NCBI GenBank assembly: GCA_951406725.2
Contig: OX597817.1
Coordinates: forward strand, 137,454,001 to 137,518,000
Reading direction: 5' to 3'
Source: Octopus vulgaris
Lineage: Eukaryota
DNA: 64,000 bases
Made by a program: the position numbers and the translations under genes. A model generated the notes under the pieces. It made no database searches. It was not told the origin of the DNA and saw nothing but the letters and a program-made list of their open reading frames with translations. Shown here one piece after another: positions 39,650-53,603 of this stretch (the first letter of the stretch is position 1; each line of letters starts with the position of its first letter).

Positions 39650-40075
39650 ATACAGGAGTTTCAAGATGAAGACGAATAAGGAGTGCTAAATACATCATCC
39701 AAATAGGGTCATTAACTATAACGATGTCACCATCTTCTCGGATATATTTATCCGCAATGATAGAGAATGAGAACCAACAAACTCGACGTCGCTATGAATG
39801 GCAAGGAGGACAGTGAGTGTACAACAATATTTTCTGGGTAAAAAAATTCCTTTATCAAAGTCCCAGATAAGCTGATTGAATAAAGAAACGGAAAGATTAA
39901 AATCGACAGGATGTGGAATATCAAGATCGAAATAATACCAGTGGTTTTTGGAACTCTGAAACTCACGAAGAGAGGAATGGAACAGTTCACCAAGGTAACA
40001 TCTATATTTATGCACCCCAGAAGATCGCTCTACTTGGAACAGCTCAGGTATTTTGGAGAGTGCTGTCAATCAGGT
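39650..40075 (+). pseudogene. R4/Dong-type RLE remnant, heavily decayed
   Basis: WNIKIEIIPVVFGTL and RSLYLEQLRY-region similarity to the RLE C-terminus seen at 4780-4845. Confidence 0.6.
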
Positions 40076-40189
40076 GACAGCTTCCCTAGAGTAGGCAACT
40101 TCCTAAGGCCCATCATTTGAGTCCGGCTTTCCGTGATGCAAAATAGGAAGGACAAAGGCAACGGTAACAGCAACTATAACAATAATAAT

Positions 40190-40443
40190 CCTTTCTGCAA
40201 TAGGCACAAGGCCAGCAATTTTGAGGGAAGGAGTAAGTCGATTACTTCGACCTCGGTGCTCAACTGGTACTTGATTTACTGACCCCGAAAGGACGACAGA
40301 TAAAGCCAACCTCGGCGGAATTTGAAGATCGTAAAGTTCAAATTCCGCCGAGGTCGACTTTGCTTTTCATCCTTTCGGGGCCGATAAAATAAATAACAAT
40401 TGAACACTTCGAAATTGCTGGCCTTGTGCCAAAATATGAAACC
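40190..40443. mobile_element. inverted head-to-head pair of SINE family B halves
   Basis: ...CCTCGGCGGAATTTGAA-gatcgtaaag-TTCAAATTCCGCCGAGG... Confidence 0.85.
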
Positions 40444-42457
40444 GATTTTAATGTCAAAAGTTAAAATATATCATTGCAGATATGAAGTGTTACGTCATGA
40501 GCGATGGAATAATGTCGGTTGCGTTGTACAGAATGATTTACGCAACGGTCGCCTGTGTACGTATATTTTATGAGATTAGAGCGACTGGATAATGTGATGT
40601 TTAGGTATTCAAGTCTTTTAACACATCGTTGGAGACAAAGGTAATGTCATTTAAATAAATTTATTTCAATAAAACCCAGTTAAACATGATTATTGTTCAA
40701 GGATACTAACCGGACACCGTTTATATAAAACATTCAAGTAGGAGTGTTTAAGAGGTGTAATTGCTCACTCCGTTTAACATGATTACGACGCAACGCTACT
40801 TACCATAATATACATGCAACACTTACGTAGAGGTATATAAGAGAAATATATAGAATATATTTCCTCGTAATCGCACAGATTTAATATAATGTTTCTCGTT
40901 GATATTTTAAAAGCTTCAGCTCAGTTGTTCCAGTGTGAAAGAATAAATGTTGTGAAGAGAAAACGTTGTCGGTGGATGTCTGTGAGGAAGTTTTTTCAAC
41001 AAGGAACAACTTCAAGTGAAGTCTATTTTGAATGTTTACGAGGGAGAATAGCTGGGGAATATTGCTTGAAGCTGTAAACTAACATTGATGTAGGACGTAA
41101 TTAGGCTGACCGATATTTCTATTGTGGCCTAGTTAAGTAGGAAAAGTAGTAGTCTGGCTGAATTAGAGAGACAGACAGAGAAAACAAGCTTGTTTAATGC
41201 CAGTCATCGGTTGGGCAAAAATCTACATTCCTACTCAGTGAAAGGCGGGAGGGAAGGAGGGAGGATGTCTTGTAATTGCTTAATGTCGGAATAACAGGAA
41301 TAAATAACAGCAAATCTCACCAACGACATAACACTATTTTCAATGGACGGTGATGTAGGGCAGCTGATTATATTGTAACGAATTCTGTCTAATCAAGTTC
41401 ATATACAAAGTCTCCCGCACTTTATATTCGACCAATTCCCTAAATATTCCCTCCAAAAACGCATCCATTGAACTACTTACATCCAAAGGGTTTTCTCAAT
41501 TATTCACTGTCCTTAGCCATACCTTAGTCGAACCGTTCAAATGTCACACGGTCGATATCCAATGCTGTGAATGTGTAAAGATGTGATCTTCAAACAGTTT
41601 GCCGCCAAAAGCTGTTTGAGGGGTTGCAATTATTTTGTATTTTCCTATGAATAATTGCCCTTTCGGTAAAGTGTAAAATAATTCAGGCTAACAGGTCGTC
41701 AGAATAGAGATCATTGTTGTAACAGGACATCAGTAAACGACAGTATCTGTAAAATATCCTAATAAATATTCTAATAGTTGTTAACGGTAGTTTCATGCTT
41801 AGCAACAATGTTGAAATTCCGCTAAGGCCAGCTTTGATTTTCATCCTCAGGTAATTAAATCGAACCTACAGTCGTTCCTACAAAAACTTAATCAGTGTTT
41901 GATCATAAGGAGTCAATAGCATTTTAGAACATGACACGGAACTGTGTTTAGGACGGAAGAGAAATGAGAAGCAACGACAAATTGTTCTGTTTACAAGAGT
42001 TTATATGAATAGGAGCGGAGGGTTTCGCAATATGTTTGACAGAGGACATAGCGATCCCGTGTCAGCTTTGCAACACACGGACACACACACTCAAACACAC
42101 ACACACACACACAAACACACAAACACACACACAAACACACACACACATACACACACACTACCATATACGCATATGGTGAACGGCAAATAGTTACATGTTA
42201 CGCTTTCATACAAACTTTCATCCAACTACGTGATGGGAACAATTGATCGTTAGTCCCTTGATAGCCTCACTATTTCAGCTTTTTTGCCAATTGTAAGAAA
42301 TTTTGCTAATTTTCCAGAAAATACTTTCGACATGTTCAACGGTACGAGCATGTCACGTGAAATCTTCGGCTCCTTCACGGACAAAGGATACAACATCAAA
42401 CTGGCGTAGGAACGAGAGTTTAAATGTGAAACTCAAGTAGCAATATATATATATAAA

Positions 42458-42511
<54 letters not shown>

Positions 42512-42525
42512 TATCTATCTACCTA

Positions 42526-42603
<78 letters not shown>

Positions 42604-42834
42604 TATATTATATATTATATATATTACGTTTCTAAATCTCTCAGTGAGGCTTATACAGTAGCAGCACGATAAAGTGATTATATGTTGTCAACTTAATGCG
42701 GCAGTTCCATGAAAGGGAAGAATGCTACTGTTATTTAGCCCTAGGAAACACCGTTTCCTGTTGGACTTGACACATTTCCTGTGTTCTTATGTTTGCAAAG
42801 GGGGAGATAAGCACCTCCACCCAGCAAAGCCATC

Positions 42835-42877
42835 TCCAGAGACTAGTTTCAGAGTCATTGCTCATCCTCAGCCTGGA
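42835..42877 (-). ncRNA. minimal type I hammerhead ribozyme, canonical core
   Basis: TCCAGG-CTGAGGA-T-GAG-caatga-CTC-T-GAAAC-TA-GTC-TCTGGA: 6-bp stem I, CUGANGA, GAAA, palindromic ACTAGT, GUC cleavage triplet. Confidence 0.8.
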
Positions 42878-43023
42878 GTAGCATGGCTTGCTAGCTGTCG
42901 ATGCCTATCTGAGAGATTTAGAAATATATTATTTCTATTTTCAAAAATCAGTGAATGTATTTCACTTGAAATCTAAATGTTCTCAAAGGCGAATAAGCAT
43001 CGACATCTAGCAAACCATTCTAC

Positions 43024-43066
43024 TCCAAACTGATTATGAGTAATGACTCTGAAACTAGTCTCTGAA
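43024..43066 (+). ncRNA. mirror hammerhead copy with G8>U core mutation
   Basis: TCCAAA-CTGATTA-T-GAGT-aatg-ACTC-T-GAAAC-TA-GTC-TCTGAA. Confidence 0.65.
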
Positions 43067-44744
43067 TGCTGGTTTGGCCGGGTGGAGGTGCTTATCTCCC
43101 CTTTGAATACATAAGGACACAGGAAATGTGTCATGGCCAACTGGAAACAGTGTTTCCTAGGGCTAAATAACAGTAGAATTCTTTCCTTTCATGGGACTGC
43201 CACATTAAGTTGGCAGCAAACCATCACTTTATATATATATAGGAGAGTTCACGAAAAAAAAAAAGCAAAAGACGAAGAGAGGCACAGAGAGAGAGGGGGA
43301 GAGAAGAAAAGAGTGACAGAAACAACCAGAGAAACAAACAACATGGAGAAGGAAGGATGGATGGTTTGTTGAATGAATACATGTATAAATGGGTGGGTGG
43401 GCGGCTAAACGTGAAAACCAGCGGGAAACATTATTCCCCTCTTCATATTCTCATCCTTTCGGGGCCCTGTAAGACTAGTGAGAGACAGCTTAGGAAGTGA
43501 CTGATGGAATTTCCTCAAATGGAAGGAACCACAATGGAGTCTGCTGAAAATAAGTACCGAAGGAGGACAGGGTCAAGTGTTGTTGTTGTAGTCGTTGGTG
43601 ATAGTGGTGGTGATGGTGGTGGTGATGGTCGCGGTGATGATGGTGGTGATGGTGGCGGCGGCGGCGGTGGGTGATGGATGAAAGCCCAACTGTTGGATTT
43701 TGGGGACAGAATCTGAATTTATTTTTATTTTTCGTAATTTACGGAAGGAAGTAAGGAAGGGAATGAAGAAAAGGAGAGAAGGGAGGAGGGAAATGAAGGG
43801 GTGAGAGAAAGAAGTTTAATGGAAGGAGTTGGAGGAGAAGGAGGAGAGAGAGGAAAGCAGTGGTAGGAGGCTTTTCAAGTGGCGATAGAAAAGGAAGTTC
43901 AGTTAGTGAACCATTTCAGAAGACTTAAACCGACAAAAACTTTGAAAGATTGAAATGTGTGGGTGGTGCTTGGGGTGGGGGTGAGGTACATGGTGTGTGA
44001 GGGGTGCTGTTTGAGGGGGTGTATATGTAAGGGGGAGTAGATGTGTATGCGTGGGTGGTATATGAGGTTTGGAGGAGAGAAGGGCACCTGGTAGGTGCAT
44101 CAGTGTGAGGGGTGGATGTGTGCGTGTGGGTGGGTGAAATGGGGTGGCTCATATTGTGTGATGTCTCTGGAACTGGTAGAGGGTGGTTGGGTGTGAGGAT
44201 GTGGGGAAAAGGGGACGCTAAAGCTGTGGCTTTTCTGTAGACAATAGATTTCTGTGTGTGTTCGTGCGTGAGTCGATGAGTGGTTTGTAAGTGTGAGGTG
44301 GTGGTGTATTAGAGTGACTGTGGCTGAGTACTCCGCAGACAATCTATGACATGGTTAACCCTTTCAATTACAGATATTGCCTCTCCTCCAACACAGTCGA
44401 TCTGATTTCACCCAAAAAGACTTGGGTCAACCAGAGGCTGTTGTGGAAGTTAATTGGTCTAAGTGTCACAGGGTGAGATCGAAACTGGGTACTGGTGATT
44501 GCGCAGAAAACTTTGAAAAATCTTTCGCAGGGTAGCATCAATAAACAGGCGTCGGCATACGACGTCGATGTTTATTTTGTGGTTATTTACGGGTGGCAGT
44601 AATTTATTCAAAGATTAGAAAGAAAATAAAGGGGCGGTGTGATGATAAGAAAATATCAGGCGGGGGTAGGGAGATAGACAGTAGCAGTTAGCTGTCACGC
44701 AAATCTACACACACACACACAAACGTGTGCGCGCATATATATAT

Positions 44745-44920
44745 TCTTTTACTTGCTTCAGTTATCTGACTGCGGCCATGCAGGAGCACCGCTTTTAGTC
44801 GAACAAATTGAACCCAGGACTTATTCTTTGTAAGCCTAGTACTTCGCTAAATTACGGGGACATAAACACACCAGCATCGGTTGTTAAGCGATAATGGGGG
44901 GGGGGACAAACACAGACACA
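44745..44920 (-). mobile_element. SINE family A 3' module
   Basis: similarity to other copies. Confidence 0.85.
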
Positions 44921-44960
44921 CATATACATACATACATACATACATACATACATACATACA

Positions 44961-44994
<34 letters not shown>

Positions 44995-45304
44995 CATACA
45001 TACATGCATATATATATGGATCTTTTCAATCTCAGTCACATATTTTTTTTATTAAAATCTTTTTATTAAAATTTTTTTTAACTAAACAGTTTGAAACTTT
45101 GGATACTGATTGAATGTGTCACGTAGAACATGGTTTACTCTCAACGGTTTGGACAAAATTTTGTATTTTAGAAGTTATTTCATGTTAAAGTTGTCGTATT
45201 TGGGTAATTTTAACCAATCAATGACTTGTATTCAGCTGAAGAAAGTTACTGCAGTTTGTGAAAGTAATGGAAGAGCAACAACTTCCAGGTCATCGGGTCA
45301 TGAA

Positions 45305-45351
<47 letters not shown>

Positions 45352-45427
45352 GAGAGAGAGAGAGAAAGCGAGAGAGAAAGGTGGGAGAAAAGTATAAAAG
45401 ATAAGAAAGATGGGTGAGAAAAACAGA

Positions 45428-45592
45428 AACGACGGGCTTCTTTCAATTTCCATCTACCGAAGCTACTCACAAGGTGTTGGTCGACCCAAGGCTATAGTAG
45501 AATACATTTTCCCAAAGTGTTACGCAGTGGGTCTGGATACGGAGTCATGCGGTTGGTAAACAAGCTACTTACCACACAGCCACCATGCCAGC
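45428..45592 (-). mobile_element. SINE family A head
   Basis: similarity to 11203-11368. Confidence 0.8.
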
Positions 45593-45679
45593 GCAGATAT
45601 TCAACTTTTACTTTTGCATACATTTCCCATTTATCTGTACGTTCACGCAACCAAACAGCTCTCTCTGTCTGCCTCTCTC

Positions 45680-45713
<34 letters not shown>

Positions 45714-47470
45714 GTTTCCTCTCTTTCTTTCTGTCTCTCTTTCTCCCTCTCTTCACGCTCGCATACATATATATACAAATACACACAAACGCTTGAAGAT
45801 GAAATAAGTTAAATATAAAAGCTACTTCGTAAGTCTCCATAAATAGTCGCGAAAGACAGACGGTGGCGGGCGGCGGTGGTGGTGGTGGTGGTTTCGATGG
45901 TTGTGGCGGTGGGGAGTAGATCAGTTAGTTAATCAGGGTGTCGACTGAGGTCAGGGTGGAGGTGGAAGACCGGGAGGGGGTGTTAGTAGAGATTATCTTG
46001 ACCGATAGGTGTCTAGCGTTAATGTCAGTTTGTTTGTCATTCAGAGGTCTGAAAGAAAGAGGAGCGAGTGTAAATGCGTGTGTGTGGGGAGAGGTGCGGG
46101 GAGTGGAGGGATGACCAGAAGCGTTGTAGGTTCCAATCAAGAACTGGAAATTCTCCATAATGCGGTCTTGCGTATCTCCTAGATCTTGAAGCGAAATTGT
46201 GCAAACCGAAAATATGTATCGGGTGTAATGTACCCGTCACTCACTGAAAGAACCATCCTTGTCAATCACTATCTCGCGTTGATACTCATCTTTGAAATCA
46301 ACAAGGATCCGTGTACTTAATTAACAGAACCAATTGGTCAGTCGTTGAAGCTGGTGATGAATTGTGTCCACTGAACTTTTACAAACATAAACAGTGAGCC
46401 CCGCTCCGACAGGTTTCAGCATAGTTTCCATCCACTTAATAGATGATCCTAGGCTAGGTAGAAGACACTTGCTCAAGTACTGCTCAGTGGTTTCGGAACT
46501 GAAACCATGGGGTTACGAAGTGAATTTCTGAACCGCTTTGCTGTTCTTGCGCTAGTTTAGATGCCGAAATTAGATAGTATTATGGGGGAAACTATCTGCG
46601 ATGAACTGTCGTCTTATCCATGGGGAATGTTGACTGTTGGCTGTCTCATTTGATTAACGCTCCACAAATTTAAGGCCCAAACGTATTGACTTTTTTTGTT
46701 TTGATCAATAAGGCAAACAACGTTAAACCGATGCGAAAAACTTTACCGAGTTACAAGATGTTGGTCAACGTTGATCTGGAAAACGGGAAATAACTTGAGA
46801 TACACCTCGACCATGCTGCCAATGTTTCCACTGAATCTATGCCTTGTATCTGTGTATATTAGCAAAACATCAGTGATGCTATTCGGCAATATATAGTCCC
46901 ACAACAAAACTTAATCTTATTTTCCTTCCTTCAAAATCTCTTAGTCCTTTCCTGTCTTCGAAGACATCGCATAAAACTACATTCATTCCAGTTGTTCACA
47001 GTTGAAGCGATTATTCTAGATACACGGCACCAGACACATGGCGATATGGCGATTGGAACTTTTCTCAGATATTAAATGAATACATAACAATGCATATGAC
47101 ATTATTAACAGTTGTGTCAGGTGATTAGGAAAACAAGAAGTGTATTGACAATCACTTGTAATTAACAGATGATTAGTGACAACGACTAGGTCTGTTTATA
47201 GACAAAACCAGGTGGGCAAGTTCTCATATCAATTTAGATATTCTCTTAGTACCAGCGACAGGACAGCTTGGAATGAGTACAGAAATGAATAGACACGAGG
47301 CTCTAGAGAACACGCTTGTTTATGTTTTTTTTAGTGTTATTGTCTTTGTGGTTTTAATGTTTTGTTTTTCCCATGAATGGTGACGTAACTCAAAATTCTT
47401 GGTGGATATGGATTTACTTTATTTCTAATACTTCAAATATATAAAGCAAAATGAATTAAAATTTCATGGG

Positions 47471-47529
<59 letters not shown>

Positions 47530-47607
47530 GAAAAGTCATGCCACAAATGTTATTCAATTTCTCGAGTATTCTCAATAAAAATGAACTTCAATAGAGACTA
47601 GTATTAA

Positions 47608-48066
47608 AGGTGGTGGAGCTGGCGGAATCGTTAGCGCGCCGGACAAAATGCTGAGCAGCATTTCTTACGTCTTTACGCTCTAAGTTCAAATTCTGCCGAG
47701 GTTCGATAAAATCAGAACCAGCCGAGCACTGGGGTCGATGTAATCGACTTACCATCCCCGACATTGCTGGCCTTGTGTCAAAGCTTAAAACCAATAAAGC
47801 CAAGCTTTCGTGTTATACTATATAACAGTGCTATGCAATATAACATTAGCGAAGGCGGCGTGCTGGCAGAATCGTTAGCACTTCGGACGGAATGCTTAGT
47901 GGTATTTCGTCTGTCTTTACGTTCTGAGTTCAAATTCCGCCGAGGTCGACTTGGCCTTCCATCCTTTCCGGGTCGACAAATTAAGTACCACTTGCGTACT
48001 TGGGTCGATCAAATCGCCTAGCCCCTCAACAAAAATTTCGGGCCTTGTGCCTAGAGTAGGAAAGAA
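47608..48066 (+). mobile_element. two SINE family B copies
   Basis: 47608-47790 (internally deleted) and 47853-48066. Confidence 0.85.
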
Positions 48067-48134
48067 TATAACATCAGTGTTATACTGTATAACAGGGCAT
48101 CTCACAGTTCCTGGTGATCAAGGAAGCTGTCGGC

Positions 48135-48937
48135 TAGTGGTTCCCAACCCTTTATTTAGATGTATTTTCCCACAGACCCCTTTGAATATGCTTATCCTTA
48201 TATATATATATAATTTTATTTATTAGGGAATAGAAATTCCGGCATCACAGGGGTTCAAATTATTCTCAATGAGGAAATATTTATGTTGTTTAGAGATGGT
48301 AGTCCCCTTCATCACACCATATAAAAGAATTTTAATTTAATTCAATACTTACAACTCATTTCTCAGCTACACGTGTTTCTTGAGGTTCTTTTACGGTTCC
48401 TTAAGCACGCAGTGTTTTACAGGAACCTTTCTTAAAATGTAACCCCAATCATCAGGCCTCTAAATAACTTTATCACAGTTCGATACCAAATACTATATTT
48501 TAATTTTAACATATAAGTATGTGGATGTGTAAATAGATTCGCGGGACCTTACTGTGCAAGCCATAATTTAATTCAAATAAAATTTTAAAAAATAAATAAA
48601 AATAAAAAACAAAAATTTACAAAAACTAAATTCTCACGTAACTTATGTCTGTAAACATTCATATAAAATTAATAATATGTAGGGATAAAAATAAAATATA
48701 TACTTGTGATGATATAATAATGAAAGCAGTGACAAATGAATAAAAACTATAGTTAAAAGTGGACACACACAAGTACAAATGACAAAATGTAAAAAGGAAA
48801 TTTACTAATGATACGAGTGATAACAATTAAAAATTTACAAAGTAAAAATTAGAGCTAAATAACTTATATATATAATTTCGAATTTAGTTCAGGGATCCCC
48901 AGTACTACCTTTGCGGACCTCAGGTTTGGAACCACTG
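48135..48937. mobile_element. non-autonomous hAT element
   Basis: TIRs TAGTGGTTCCCAACC / GGTTTGGAACCACTG; 8-bp TSD CTGTCGGC (48127-48134) vs CTGTAGGC (48938-48945). Confidence 0.85.
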
Positions 48938-49398
48938 CTGTAGGCGATGGACATTTTATAGATAAGTCTAGTCTTCTATTTAACATTAACTTTAAGGAAT
49001 ACTTCAAATTTTTGGTTAGATTAGAGTGGCGCTGTGGCAAGCACTCGTCCGCACTAAACCAGAAACCGAAAGAAAATATACGCTGACTTCATATCACGTG
49101 TAATCCTACTGGAAGCCATGGACGTCACACCACTTATTTCCTCCTTCCTGCGATTGGTATTTATCAAACAAGGCCAGTGACTTGACCCTGTTTTAACTTA
49201 TTTTCATCATATTTTCTCTCTCTCTCTCTCTTTCTCTCAGCATATACATTTATGTGTGTATACATTAAGTGTGTGAGCGTGTCGTTGTAAATACGAATAA
49301 TGATAATAACAACAACAACAACAATAATAATAATAATAATAATAATAATGATAATAATAATAATAATAATAACAATAATAATAATCATCATCATTATC

Positions 49399-49439
<41 letters not shown>

Positions 49440-49600
49440 CCTTTCTACTATAAGCACAATGCTTGGAATTTTGGGAAAGGGGAATAGTCAATTACTGCAT
49501 CGACCGCAGTGTTTCACTGGTACTTTATTTATCGACCCCGAAAGGATGAAAGACAAAGTCGACCATGACGGAATTTGAACTCAGAATTTAAACCGGAAGA
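49440..49600 (-). mobile_element. SINE family B fragment
   Basis: reverse complement similarity. Confidence 0.8.
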
Positions 49601-49649
49601 AATTTTATCAAGAATTTTGTCCTATTTATAGGACAGTGGGACTTAATGG

Positions 49650-49950
49650 GTTAAAAAGGATAAAATAAACTGTAAGATGAGAGAGTTTGCGATGCCACAA
49701 TGACAACATGGAGGATAGCAAAGAAATTGGAATAAAACCAAATTAAGAAATATCAGAACTTAATTAGAGTTGAAGAGACTGGAAGACTAAGACGGCAATT
49801 GCTCTTGTGGTAATGCCTTTGGCACAACGCATAAACCACCTGCTTCAGCAGGGATTGAATGAATATTGGAATTGCGACTCGAGTTGGTGACCTCTAGAAA
49901 AGTGCCATCTTGTATTCTGCTAGAATCCTTAGAAGGAGTCTTGAGATTTG
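49650..49950 (+). pseudogene. R4/Dong-type RLE C-terminal remnant
   Basis: ends L*KSAILYSARILRRSLEI*, typical of an RLE-element C-terminus. Confidence 0.55.
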
Positions 49951-49994
49951 AGATCTTAAGACAATATCTGCGCTAATACAGCACGTAAAAGCTT

Positions 49995-50042
<48 letters not shown>

Positions 50043-50112
50043 CAGCAGCAGTAGCAGCAGCAGTAGCAGCAGCAGTAGCAGCAGCAGTAGCAGCAGCAGT
50101 AGCAGCAGCAGT

Positions 50113-50483
50113 GGAGGCGCAATGGTCCAGTAGTTAGGGCAGCAAACTTGCGGTCGGAGGATCGCGGTTTCGATTCCCCGACCGGGCGTTGTGTGTGTTT
50201 ATTGAGCGAAATAACCTAAAGCTCCACCAGGCTCCGGCAGGGGGTGTTGGCGACCCCTGTTGTACTCTTTCGCTCCAACTTTCTCTCCCTCTTTCTTCCT
50301 GTTTCTTGTCCCCGACTTCCTACGCAACCGCTGAGCCTGGATGCGCATTCATCCATCCGTCGATGTTCTCGGTGTCGGGGTTTGACCTGCTTTCTCTTCT
50401 GCGGGTCTTACGAATAGCAAAGGACCACGTTTCGGACTTCTCCCACTCTGGGACGAAGACCGCTTCGCTCAACAAACAAACAA
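50113..50483 (+). mobile_element. tRNA-derived SINE family D, tail type 2, (AAAC)n end
   Basis: A- and B-box head shared with the 30557-30946 copy; unrelated 3' part. Confidence 0.85.
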
Positions 50484-51103
50484 GCAGCAGCAGCAGCAGC
50501 AGTAGTAGTAGTTGTAGGAGGAGGAGGAGGAGGAGGGGGGGGGAGGAGGAGAAACAATCTCTTTTATTAGCCACAGGGGCAGTGATGAGGGCAACATCAC
50601 GGTTGAGGATTTACATAAAAGATGGAGAGAAAGAAATGGAAAAAGGCTGTGAAGTGTGATAATATGAATAATGCAGTCCTTCTGATAGAGGAGAAATTCC
50701 AACTAGGGTCAATCAAGGAACCCTACAGATCCAGAATTACCTTGACTACCAAAGGTACGAGCCATCTCTCCTGCTCTCCAATCTACAGGGTCAGAAATTG
50801 CTGGAAGTTATTCATGGTTGTTCTAAGCTCGAAAGTGCTCCAAAATAGTTCATTCTCGTCGACGCCCGGAGTTAACTCGAGAACGTCATCGCTCTTACCC
50901 ACCAATAGGTTTTCATATATTGCTACCGCAGAACTTCCACCGACCGTATTGAGCGCCTGACAAACCGGAAGATACACTATAATTATTTCTGTAGTACCAA
51001 GTAAAACCGAAACTTTCATTGGTGTTTTGAATAGTACTTATTCAAAACAAAAAAAACTATTTTTCACACACAATCACACACACATACATTGAACGATAGA
51101 GTC

Positions 51104-51159
<56 letters not shown>

Positions 51160-51651
51160 TGAGTGAGTGAGTGAAAGGAAGTGGCAGAGAGTGGGGTAGA
51201 GTGAGAGATAAGCAGAAAGAGATAGAGATAGAGAGACAGACTTCCCCACCCATCCTGTATGTGTACATCTATAATTATCTTCTGTGTTAAAACGTAGGTT
51301 TTGTCTTTCACTAGTCACGTGCATTTGTCGACTGGATATTTGTTTTATTTTGTTTTTTTTTTCATTTCCCACTCAAACCCTACTGCTGCCTGCCTGTCTG
51401 TCTGTCTACCTGCTTGTCTGGCTGTCTGGCTGGCTGGTTGGCTGTCTGTCTGGCTGTCTGCCTATAATCTCTCTATTGACCCAATGTTTTCGTTAGATAA
51501 ACAGTCGAACCGCCGTCGCCGCCGCCATCGCCACCGACAACAATCGCACCAACAACATATATTCAGTGACACAGTTCCTTAAGAGACACCTTTACCCTCT
51601 CACAATGATTCTTGAAATTCCAAACAACTACTGTTGCTTTTTTCTGTTATC

Positions 51652-51700
<49 letters not shown>

Positions 51701-51899
51701 ATGGTGGTGGTGGTGGTGGTGGTGGTCGTCGTCGTCGTCGTCGTCGTAGTCGCCGTTGAGGCTGTATTGATGTTCATTCCTGATGGTTTCTCTTTTATTT
51801 TTACAAAATAAGAATTTCTTCTTCGTTGCCCCCAACAAATCCAGTTCTGAGAGGAATCAGGGCACAAGACTAAATCAGTTTATTCATTCGATCTATTTC

Positions 51900-52258
51900 A
51901 GGTAATATTACAGGTGCATCTCAGGTATATTACAAGATATTGCAGACGTATTGCAGCTATATTTGGGATATGGTAAAGGTGTATCACAAACAAATTGCAT
52001 GTATATTACAGGTACATTTCAGGTAAATTGCAGGTATAACAATCGTTTATTATTATTATATTAATAATATTACATTATTTATTAAATGAGATATTTATTA
52101 TAGGTGTATTATAGACACATTACGAGTATAGTGCAGATTTACGGGTATAGTGCAGATACATTGCATTACCTACAACACACCTGTAATGCAGATATAGGTG
52201 ATTACAGGTGTGTTGTAAGTATATTACAGGTGTGTTGTAAGTATATTACAGGTGTATT
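51900..52258. repeat. degenerate short tandem repeat (ATATTACAGGT-like core)
   Basis: repeated TATTACAGGTG/TATTGCAG; exact 23-bp units at 52201-52255. Confidence 0.7.
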
Positions 52259-52650
52259 TGAGAGCGAGATGTGGGTGTAAAGTAACCTCAGAAAATGTGA
52301 ATTAACCGAACTACATACGGAAAAGTTCTACGGTTCATTGGAATAATTGTCTCAAATTCCACTGTTCATATCATTCCTCCACCACCACCACCACCATCAC
52401 TACTACTATTACTACTACTACTACTACCACTACTAGTGTAAGCAGTGATATGTAATATGGGATCAAGAGCTGAGGTTTGAAGTGGAGTTTGTGGTAAGTT
52501 TTATATAGAGCCCAAGATATAACTGTTACTTAACTTTATCGAACCCGGAAGGGATTTAAATACCACAAGTCATTTATATGGGTTCCCACTAATTTTCCTA
52601 ATGATGATCATGATGATGATGAGGAGGAGGAGGGGGAGAATAAAGTTTAT

Positions 52651-52793
52651 CGTAAGTAGCTTGCTTACCAACCACATGGTTCCGGGTTCAGTCCAATTGC
52701 GTGACACCTTGGGCAAGTGTCTTCTACTATAGCCTCGGGCCGACCAAAGCCTTGTGAGTGGATTTGGTAGGCGGAAACTGAAAGAAGCCCCTC

Positions 52794-52861
<68 letters not shown>

Positions 52862-53058
52862 GTATATATCCCCAACATCGCTTGATGACCGATGCTTGTG
52901 TGTTTACGTCTCCGTAACTTAACGGTTCTGCAAAACGGACCGATGGAATAAGGACTAAGCTTACAAAAGAATAAGTCCTGTGGGGTCGCTTTGTTCGACT
53001 AAAGGCGGTGCTCCAGCATGGCCGCAGTCAAAATGACTGAAACAAATAAAAGAATAAA
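52651..53058 (+). mobile_element. SINE family A
   Basis: high similarity to 1-480. Confidence 0.9.
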
Positions 53059-53603
53059 GCATCATGACACAGATGATGATGACAGCGGTGGCGGCGGCGG
53101 CGGCGGTGGTGGTGGTGGTGGTGGTAATTGCGGCGGCGTGTGGTTTCGGTGTTGATCTCTTCCTGACAGTCAAACGTTTTACAAGAATATGATTGTCAAT
53201 CGATGTTCGATGTTACCCTACAAAAAGGTGGCGAAAGTGATGACACCAGGTAAGAATCGAAACCCGATCCTCGTTTTCTTTCGCCAAATATTTATCTGGC
53301 CAACTAAATAATAAACAAGGATTTCTCATGAAATCACGAGTATACACACACACATGTAGATTAAGGAAGGTGGAAAGGCAGCTGTGGCGTTCATTCCTTT
53401 CCAAGCAGTATTAGCTGCGTCAATGAAATCAAGCGACGAAGTGGTTTCTAGTGATAAACAAAAGCTGAGTTATGGATTAGTTTTGCCTGACAGAGTAGGA
53501 TTGTTATTTTTTTTTTTACTGACCGGCTTTCAACAGGCGAACAAAAACACAGCATTAATAATAATCAAATAAATATAATTAATGTAAATATATTCTGTCT
53601 TAC

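Larger units (their letters stand above)
42669..43232. mobile_element. about 560-bp fold-back element with a hammerhead in each arm
   Basis: about 240-bp arms are reverse complements (ATAAAGTGAT.../...ATCACTTTAT), with (TA)n nearby on both sides. Confidence 0.9.
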
